Shown here: positions 54,530 through 64,000 of the stretch, in pieces | Position numbering within the stretch: position 1 is the first letter of the stretch | Layout: every line of letters starts with the position of its first letter | Assembly (NCBI GenBank): GCA_964035545.1 | Contig: OZ037767.1 | Coordinates: 31,202,628-31,266,627 of the forward strand | Reading direction: 5' to 3' | DNA length: 64,000 nt | Source of the DNA: Bugula neritina | Taxonomy: Eukaryota; Animalia; Bryozoa | Notes under the pieces: generated by a model | What the model saw: only the letters and a program-made list of their open reading frames with translations | The model's database searches: none | What the model was told of the DNA's origin: nothing | Position numbers and translations under genes: made by a program

Positions 54530-57068
54530 CGTACTACCTTTGAGTTTTCTTACTGAACTTCCTGCTCCTGGTAGCTGCTAATAACTACAAAGATTACAAG
54601 CATCTGGTGAGAGAAACGATGAGAGACATGAAACATGCGTATTAACATAAGTGATAGAAGTAATAAAGGCTTGAGAGTATATGCGTTAATCTAATATTGT
54701 CAGATTTCGAATTCAACAGTTTGCGTGCAACGACTTAAAAACTTTCACAATCAGAAGTTAGCAAACCTTTGCAAACCTTAGACCTCAAAGTATTGACTAT
54801 TACTCTATTAGTTGGTAAATTAGTATATCGATATGCTCAACAATTTTCCTGGCAAACTCCTATTGAATTCGAATCGGAATCGTGATGATGATAATTCAAT
54901 AATGAAATAACTTTAAGTTATGAGCTTTGAGCTTGCTAATAAATAAATCAATCATAATAAATTATAATGATTAATGTAATACTAAATTTGTAGGTACTTC
55001 AGAGTTGAGGGAGTTGTTTGAGTTTAACTTAAACTTACAGCAAAATTTAAATTGTGTTGAAGTTCTCTGCACATGTAAGGACCTGGCGTAGATTATTTTC
55101 AAGGTAGGGTAGCTCCAGAGCTATTAGTTATACTTATAATTATTACGGTTACTGTAAGTATTAGTATTAGTATAACTTACTATAACTATAAGTATTAGTA
55201 TAGGTATTAAAAATAAATTTGATAACCTGCTGATTGAGGAGCTTTAGATTTGAGATGAAGCTTTTTACGATCTCTTCACTCCAAGAGCGCAGAAAAACTA
55301 ATATTCCTACATAAAACTACATTAACGAGGCGACAGAAGTTTATAAAATATAGGCCTTGAACTTGCTAATGTGGCTACTACAGAAAATAGTGGTAAGAAA
55401 TCGTTTGAAACAGCGCCAAGTTAGGGGTGACTATGTGCAGTGGCGCGAGGAACTCAAGTCTGTAGTTGGTGGTTTAACCTATGGACATAAAAATACTGTA
55501 CTCAGTCACTCTCAACTTGGTGCTGCTTATAGCGATTTCCATACTAGCAGTGCCCTGGGATAGGGGATAGAGTAGTTGAAATACAGCAGAGGGAGAATAG
55601 TTGCAACTGCAGCCAAAACGGCTAAGGAAGTGGTTTCCCGACTAGTAATTACAAAATTCGATAGGGATTGATGTGGTATTTTGAAATCTACGGTTGGCTT
55701 TGACTTGTTACAACATTTTCATATTGAATTGAACATATTGATTTAACTTTTAAGTTTAACTTCAAGCTCGAAATCGATAACGATTAATAGTATCAGTATC
55801 AATATCATACTCCTAGTCATTCTCGTACTGATACCCACTCTCAGTATGGACTCATACCGATAGTCTTAGTCATTGTAATTGCACCGCGAGATAAAAATCA
55901 ACTTCGTGTTCACGTCATAAGGTAAGCACTAACTCATAACTGATAAAGTAAGTTTAACTTTAAGATTGCTGTTGCAACCCACACTTTCACTTTCAGGGCC
56001 ACATTGACATTGTCTGGTTGTCATAAGGATAATGATTACGTTTACTAAAAACGAATTGAATAATAATTACCACTATCCGTATTAATGTTATGATGCTCAT
56101 ATATTCAGATTGCACAGGCAAGTGGTAACTAAACTAAAACTGAGGTTAAGACTAAGAGTACATAACTTACATTAACACTACCAGTAACTATTAAGACTGA
56201 GTGTAACACTTATTCTAACACTATAACACTACCAAACTAACTGTAAGTGTAGTAACTAACAAGTATTAAGTGTGAGTGATGTACTTCAATTTCAACTTCA
56301 ACTTGTATCGGATAACTATAAGTACATTGAGTTAGATTAACTTATTTTTAGTCATACTATTAGTATTAGTTTTACTATTAGTAATAGTATAAGTATTACA
56401 TTTAGTAATACTATTGCTGACAGTATTAGCAATGTTAATGGCCATTGTTGGGTTTCCCAATTCTAACTAGCCTGACAGCTGTATTTCTAAAAGTAAGCTA
56501 CAGTGATACAGTGTACTTGGAGTATAGTAGTAGTAGTTAATAGCTTTTAGTAATAGTATATGCGTATTGTTTTAGCATAACTTATTAGTTATAGTTATAC
56601 TCCAGCGTGATAGTGATTGTTGTGTTATTGTGCTATTTGCTTTTATGACATGACTTTAAGATAATTATTCAGGTGAACTAGATAGCTTGTATTTATAGGC
56701 CTAGTCTAAACCACTACCAGCCGATTTGAATTTTTGCAAGGTGAAGATGTAGGTCAATACTAATAAGCAAAGCACTCGCACTCAGGTAAGTGAGTCACTT
56801 ATATGTTGAAGAGAAAAGTTTTATTCTAATTAACAGTCTAATGACAGGTGGTTACTTCGTTTGACCAATTACCTAACCTTGTGTATTTCTATATTTAAAA
56901 ATTGCATCTTTATATTTGCTGTATTTGAAATAATACTGTTTTATAATACACCCAAACCTTTATTTTAACTTGAAGTGTTTGACCTGAAATATTTCATCTA
57001 CTTAATAGGCATATCAGTCACAGTGGAAGTTGTCTGTCCAACTGAAGTGGTAATATCTACTTTGAGCA

Positions 57069-59598
57069 ATGGAAGAGCCTTTAGGTATGTGAAACTTTTA
57101 TGATTGTCGTTTCCAAACCACCTAATAAACTGTACTTGAAAATTAAACTGCAGAGCTATTTAACACATGTTAGATGGAACTGTTTACTGTTTCTTATAAA
57201 ATATATTAGGGACACTTTATCACAGACTTCATTTAATAATTAAATGTTAGTAGTAATAGTAGCAGTAGTAGTAGTACTAGTAATAGTAGTAGTAGCAGTA
57301 GTAGTAGTAGTACTAGTAATAGTAGTAGTAGCAGCAGTAGTAGGAGTAGTAACGCCTTGGGCTGTTTTTGTAGAGGATATGGATACTGCAGAGGCTTCTG
57401 GGACTGAATCGTCGACTGTTCACAGTGACACTGATAACACACCTTCTAAAAAGTCCAGCAGCGACTCCACACTGAATAAGTTGCAATGCGACGAATGTCA
57501 TTATATATTCACGAGCAAAGGAAGTCTGCTGAGACACAAGAGACTGCATAGAGGAGAGAAGCCCTTTTCCTGCCTCCACTGCAATGTTCGATTCTCGCGG
57601 AAGGAAGCTCTTCAGTCTCACTTGCTGATTCACTCGGGTGACAAGCCCTTTCAGTGTACGCTCTGTGATTATAAGACGCGCAGCAGCAAAAGCCTCAGTT
57701 CTCATCAGAAAGTTCACGAGAGGGGGACAGTCTACCGATGCAGCGAGTGCGAGTTTTCGAGTACAGCTAAAAGTGACATGCTGAGTCACATTGTTGGCTC
57801 TCACAGCACTTCGAAAGCATACGTCTGTAACAACTGTCTATTTGCGTTCTCCAGCACTTCCAGTCTGGCTGCTCATGTTGAGAAGGTACACCCTGAAGAC
57901 AGTTTCGGGTGTGATATCTGTGGCATTTACTTAGCTAGCAAATCTGGTCTACAGCGCCATATGCTTGCACATTCCGGGGTTAAACCCTTCAAGTGTACCG
58001 AATGCAATAAAGGTTTCTCCAGAGCTGAAAGTTTACGAGATCATATGAAGTCTCACTCCAGAGCAGAATTATCCTGTGACCAATGTGAATTCAAAAGCCT
58101 GTCTCCTCTTCTTCTTAAGCAGCATGTTAAAGTTGAACATCCAGTGAAAAAGAAGGAGGGAAAGTACAAATGCATGAGCTGTGATTTCACCTCCGAGTCT
58201 CGAGAAGCTGTAGTTGAACATGTTAAAGAAAAACACGAAGACGAGCAAGAATATTCCAGAATAGCTACTATTGATGAGCCAGCTAGTTCTAAAACAACCG
58301 GTCCATGTGGAGTGTGTGGAAAACGGTTTGCCTGCCACACTAATTTAAAAAGACATATGTTACTGCATACCGAGGGTGGCAAGCGATTTCGTTGCTCTCA
58401 ATGCCTCAAAGCATTTTCTAGAAAAGACACGTTGGAAGAACATATGCGCCTGCACTCCCCAGACTTATCTCTCTCCTGTGACTTCTGTGAGTTCAAAACT
58501 ATTTACTCGTCAACTTTACAGAAACACTTGAAGAAACATGCTGAAAAAGAGTTTCTGTGCAGTTTGTGTGACTTTAAAGTGAAGTCAAAAGAGACGTTGT
58601 CAATGCACATGTTTGACACTCATGATGTTAAGCGAGTGCTGCACTGTCTTCATTGTGCTTACGCCTTTGGGGATCGGGAGACTCTCTGCTCACACATCGA
58701 GTCCGATCACGCTGATGTGAAGATATACAAGTGTGGAGACTGCGGCGAGAGGTTCATACGTAACTCTAGTTACCACCGTCACGTGAAGACCCAGCATTCT
58801 GCAGAATCACCGTATCAGTGTGAAAAGTGTGGCAAGGCATTTAAGCGCAGTGATAAACTCTCCATTCATTTGAAGAGTCACTGTTCACCAGACATTGTTA
58901 GCACTCAAGACATGGACTTAGAGCATAGCTCCCTTCAACCCGTTATTAAAAGCGAAATTGATGACAACTTGACGCAAGACGATGAGGATCTTGCCAATGG
59001 CGGCTCTAAGGCATGGAAATGCCATGTGTGTTCAGACATGTTTGATAGTCGGAAAGATTTTGAATGTCATTTTCAGGAAAGTCATGGGCTCAGCTGTGTA
59101 CAATGTAGCGAAAAGTTTGTTGACGAAAGTGACTTGAATAATCACATGAAAACGCATGAAGAAGCAGGTTCTCCTAATGATGCTAGTACGGTAAATAACA
59201 TCATATCCAAAAGTAGTAACAAGAAAGTAGTAAAATGTTTGGAATGTGGTGATGTGTTTAGTAGAAATAGTGCCCTTCTGAGACACATGAGATCCCGCCA
59301 CTCCGATGAAAAACCCTACAAGTGTGAGATTTGCGATAAGCAGTTTACACGTAACGAGTCTTTGAACAAACATTTACAGGTTCACCATGACCCTAAAGAC
59401 ATGGCCTACAAATGCAATGTTTGTGGCAAAGGTTTTTCTAGCTCTTCAAATCTCAGCCGACACAAATCTGCGCAATGTAATTCCGACGATATTGCTAGTG
59501 ATTCCAAATCTTTTACGCAAAACGATGTTAGTTTTATTTTGAACAGTATTATAGAGCAAGTACTTTGCTCTGAATCTCAAAGTAATGATGTTGAATAA
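57069..59598 (+). CDS. C2H2 zinc finger protein with 21 fingers (~746 aa)
   Basis: Large exon 57374-59598 with 20 C2H2 plus 1 C2HC motifs and GEKPF/GDKPF/GVKPF/DEKPY linkers. Likely start exon 57069-57084 (MEEPL-E), with an in-frame stop just upstream. Confidence 0.92.
57248..57351. repeat. (AGT)n microsatellite, intronic
   Basis: Directly visible. Confidence 0.9.
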
Positions 59599-60894
59599 AT
59601 TAAGCTAGTCATTGAATGTATACTATTTAATATCTACTCATCTCCTTATGTTATTTTCATCTTATTTAAGCGGAACTTGTTGGTGATAGTTGTATGCTTC
59701 TGTTGTTAGTCCATGGTGCTTATGCAAAGTTGTTTCCATAATTGGTATCAGTATTAATTCAATTTTATGTTATGCAAGAATTTATTTTACATTATTATAA
59801 ATTGGTGTAATAAATTCATACTATATTTATAAAGTTTGCAATATATTTTCGCTTTGTACCCATGCAGTTTTGAATTTCCTAGTTTACTATAAATAGAGAC
59901 TATAGCTAGAGATAATTTGTAAGTGTTATTACTACATTAACTAGTAGTTATAATAACTATGTCCCAAGTGTAACATTGAAAATGGCTGGCATTTTATGTC
60001 ACAGCCTACGATACAGCAAAGTGTGTCTAGGCCCTAGGGGGTAAACGATTGCACTTGCCAGCAATGTATAGACAGAGTTATCTTCTCTTGCTATTATATA
60101 CCAAATAAATGTAACTCCGAATAGCAAATCAGAGAACTAGCATCAACTCCCAGGTTTGTTTAGGTTCTATCTTTGCCCATGATAGTAAAGCTTGAAACAG
60201 ACTATTGACTGCCCCTCTCGCCTGGCTGCCAACTTGGTTCAAAGGCTAACAGGGCTACGCTGAAGCAACTATGACCTGACCTAATGACTTTGGTCTACAC
60301 TAGGCCAATGCTCTAACCACAGCTGCTCCTCAATAATATTGAAGATACAAATACCATTGAGAGGCCAAAAGTTAGTCCCACTGCTCAACTTCAACTTAAT
60401 AAAAGATGCTAATAGTTCATACCATACATTAGTTATGACTAGATTTTCACTGCATCCATACATTATATAGTTGACAAGCACAAGCTAGCAATTTTAACTA
60501 TTAAGTTAAACAATATAATTTATTGACAATAAATACAATAATCAATCACACTGCAAGTTGATAGTCTAATATTGTAAATAAATATGAAGGCAAACAGAAC
60601 ACACATTTCTATATAAAGTATAGATAGTTCTGTAGAATATACATTATACTAGTTGATACCAAATATACTCAGTTTATAGAAAGGAAGTCACAATTAGTAG
60701 GTATAAACAGCAAGAGTGGCTGTTCGGGTTGAGTTTCACAATGACTCATAGTAGAAGAGTTACTATAGTACAGGAAGTGTTTCTTTTGGAAATAGAATAC
60801 AGTGTGTAGCATGCTAGAATATATTACAATATAGTATACTTCTGCAAACAATGTGAACACCCATAAAATGAGGCTTTAGAGAAAGACCTGTAGT

Positions 60895-62677
60895 TTAGTT
60901 CAGCTGGTAGAATAAGACTTCATCATGACCATGTCTGGGTACAATCAGAATGTCTCTATACACATGGAGATCAAATACACTACTATTCACTCTAACAGTT
61001 GGATCTTCTATCTTAGCCAACTGTGTGCCTGTAACAGGAAATGATGTTGATATTTGTGGAACAATAAATTAGGAGTAATACCCCTTAATCTAAACTCATG
61101 CACATACAACCTTGCTATGAGACTATATGTCATTATAATTATGACAAAGGAGTATTACCTAAAGTGCTATAGCTGTTACTTATCCAGGCAAATTTGGGTA
61201 AAAAAAGCATTTTCAATTCTATTTCAAAGCAACATTTAAACCTCAAATAGAATATTTTATATACTAACAACGCGAAAATGTTACAGGAGCTTTTTGGCAT
61301 AAGTTAAGTATGAAGGTATGAAACCCGACATCCCACATTTACACAGTATTGAATTATTCACATATATCTTGGCTATTAACTAAATACAAGTTTAGGTTAG
61401 TATGCCGAAGCATGTTGGTTCTATAATAAACTTTGTGCATGTCTGGAATTAATTTGTGGTAGTGTTGCGTTTAGGCTTAGAAAAAAACGATGCTAATTAT
61501 TGATAATTTTCATAGCTGTTCTTGGCTGCAATTAATTTATTACTGCATAAGTGTAAGTTTCAGAGAGACTATTGTGCAAGCTCTTTGCCCTAGCCAGTGC
61601 TACACAGATATGAAAAGGTTGCAATCTACTGCACTCTTTTACTTCATACATATATACACACTGTATTTATATACGAATGGCTTATTGGTGCAATTATTGT
61701 AAATATTTTACTAATTATGAGAATTTTCTGAATTTTCAAATACTTAGTAGAAAACAGTAGAATATACGATAATAAACACAAACTAACCTGTCTTCACATC
61801 CAGTATCCAGATAGTAGTTCTACTGCTTTGGTTAGTCACAAGAATATATTTACTTCTATAGCAGGTCACACCTTGTGGTCTAGTCACATCCTTACATGTC
61901 CAGATGACTTTCTCTGTTGTCAGGTCTAACTTAAATACTTGAGAGGAATTCAAATTAGAAACTACTACACAATGTCTGTCTGCTGCACATATAGCTACAC
62001 AGCTGTTATCAAGTAGAGAGCAGGGCACATATTTAATTACCTCCCCAGTAAGAGAGTAGATTGTGAGTCTTTCACTTGGCCTATCAGGAACTACAACCTG
62101 ATCATCAACAATAGCAAAGGTATTCAGATCTCTATGACCATCACCATGTGACCAGCTGGTCACCTGATTCCCACTGAGGTCATACACCTCCATTCTCCTA
62201 CTATTATTACTGTACACCAAAACATACAGCTGATCTTCATATGCCCTAAGACTGTTGACGGAACCATCTATTTCAACAAATGACTGAGTAACATTATAGT
62301 TCTCATCTACTCTGTCTACTTCACCACCATAGACCCCTACATAAGTGTTACCCTCATGACTACACACTGACCAACAATTTCTAGAAACATCAACAGACTG
62401 CAAGAGTTTGAGAGAATTAGGAAGAGTTGAAGTTGTCACTCCTTGATCCAAACTAATAGATACGTCTGCAGCAGAAACTAAATTTACTTCTATGTCTCTC
62501 TTCTCTCCTGTAAAGATAAGTTATAGAGTGAAGTGAATAATGATATTGTGTGTAATAATACAGTAAAGAAGTTATGATAGAGAAACTGTAGGGCTATCTA
62601 TCTACCAACTAACCTTTGACCTCTAGAGTCATGACATCACACAGTTCTAGTTCAGGTATCTCAACAGCTACAAGTCT
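60895..62677 (-). CDS. NHL/TRIM-type beta-propeller protein (C-terminal module; 5' end uncertain)
   Basis: Exons ~62614-62677 (or 62667), 61788-62507, 60895-61028. Repeated blade-like segments (QLYVLVY...MEVYDLSG, VVVPDRPSERLTIYSLTG, VVVSNLNSSQVFKLD, PQGVTC..ILVTN, ILIVP...VLFYQL*). Confidence 0.72.
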
Positions 62678-63802
62678 CTGTATTCTATCCTTAATTAGTG
62701 TTATATGACCCAAGCATAGTGTTCATTACCCAAGGGAAGACTCCAACCCAGGGAAACTTTTCCAGTTGACCTAGATATAGGTAAAAGGCTTATGCCTTTG
62801 CACATATAATATGAGAGCATTTACAGACTTATATTGTTAGAAGCCTTCTTCTTCATGCCAAAGAGTATAAACAACACACTGTCAGTACTAAAGTTTAGTA
62901 ACATAGACCTTTGCTGAAACTAATTGCAAACATATACAACACTCATTACATTACATGAAAACTAGTTGTGACAGAGACAAAGCAGCACTACAATTGAAAG
63001 GATATACAAAATTGAAGAAACTTACTGATTTGCTATACACCAATAACCCAGTTTACTAGCACATTTCATGAGGTAGCTGTACTGGCTATCAACCAAAGAA
63101 TGTGCTGTAGGTAAATGGGTTACCTGCAATTAGCTAAAGAAATAGCATATGCAATAGCAAAACATTTGTGCTGTTAGCCACAAGCCTTATATGTTTATTA
63201 AATATATAATATATGCTAGCTAAAGAGGATGCAAGCTAGATCATACCTGCTTGTAATTGCTCTACAATCAGCACCTGTATTTAATAGGAATAACTGCTAA
63301 GTGATCTCCACAATTATTACTCTTTTCTAATTTAAATAACAGTCATCTTGATTGGTTACATTTTTCAGTATTTTATATTTATATATATTTATTTTGGTTA
63401 TTTATGTATAGTGAATTAAATGGCTACTTCGCATGAAATGAATGTAATGTCTATATTTGTACAGGAATAAACAGCTCAACTCAGTGATAGCTTTACAAAT
63501 AAGTTGCATATGAAGGCTTATCCAATCAGGTTGCGAGATCAGTCAGCCACGCCCACAATTTACTATAGTTAAGTTTGCCTTCATAAACTTTGCAAATGTG
63601 AGCAAGAAGAGAAAATGAGCACATTTTTGGTGAAACATGCAAATCAACCAAATTGGGTACCAAATTCATCTAGGAAAGAGGATGCCTCCCTTCAAGATAG
63701 GATACATGTAGCTGTATATACATAGAGGGTGCTAAATTAACAAACTTGACTATAGAACTAAAAAAGCTAATAGGAATAAATAATGTGATATAAAATTTCA
63801 TA

Positions 63803-64000
63803 TTTTATTGACATAAATGATGTACGTATATAAAATACACAACTCAATGACATTGCAAGTTAATGGTGTAATCTTGTATACAAATATGAAGATAAACTCA
63901 ACACATAGTTATATATAAAGTATAGATAGTTCTGTAGAATATACGTTATACTGATTGATACCAAAATATACTCAGTTTATAGAAATAAAGTCACAATTAG
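63803..64000 (-). repeat. Diverged duplicate of 60518-60698 (3' flank/UTR of the NHL gene); probable 3' end of a tandem paralogue beyond the window
   Basis: tatataaagtatagatagttctgtagaatatac...atactcagtttatagaaa...agtcacaattag occurs at ~60610-60698 and ~63912-64000, with weaker similarity extending leftward. Confidence 0.85.

Noticed and set aside
57244-57373. Val-rich N-terminus of the 784-aa zinc finger ORF as a signal or TM segment
   Set aside because: It is an intronic (AGT)n microsatellite upstream of the acceptor at 57373.
57313-59373. Antisense ORFs within the zinc finger exon
   Set aside because: Shadow ORFs of the plus-strand CDS.

Overview
AT-rich, intron-containing animal genomic DNA. 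The compact gene layout and the NHL-propeller paralogues suggest a marine invertebrate, possibly a bryozoan; this taxon call is inference only. Ten spliced protein-coding genes were reconstructed by hand with phase-consistent exons: DEPDC7-like (-, runs off the left edge), PDHA1 (+), TPRG1L (-), an uncharacterised protein with a YAP/FAM181-type TEAD-binding omega-loop-like motif (+), OSTM1 (-), MRPS31 (+), an adipolin/erythroferrone-like C1q protein (-), DMAC2 (-), a 21-finger C2H2 protein (+) and an NHL-like beta-propeller gene (-) whose 3' flank is duplicated at the right edge. Eight of the genes form four head-to-head pairs. The most striking signal is that many intronic minisatellites are tandem amplifications of the splice junction itself. 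At least eight arrays in five genes contain the working donor or acceptor, usually with a piece of exon edge, and create 3-11 decoy splice sites; the copy used in the model is always the exon-proximal one. Also present: a 346-bp solo LTR with a 4-bp TSD, two near-perfect ~80-nt hairpins in probable 5'-UTR introns, a candidate 12-nt microexon, a GC-AG intron, and 3/6-nt periodic tracts next to promoters. No RNA genes or CRISPR arrays were recognised.
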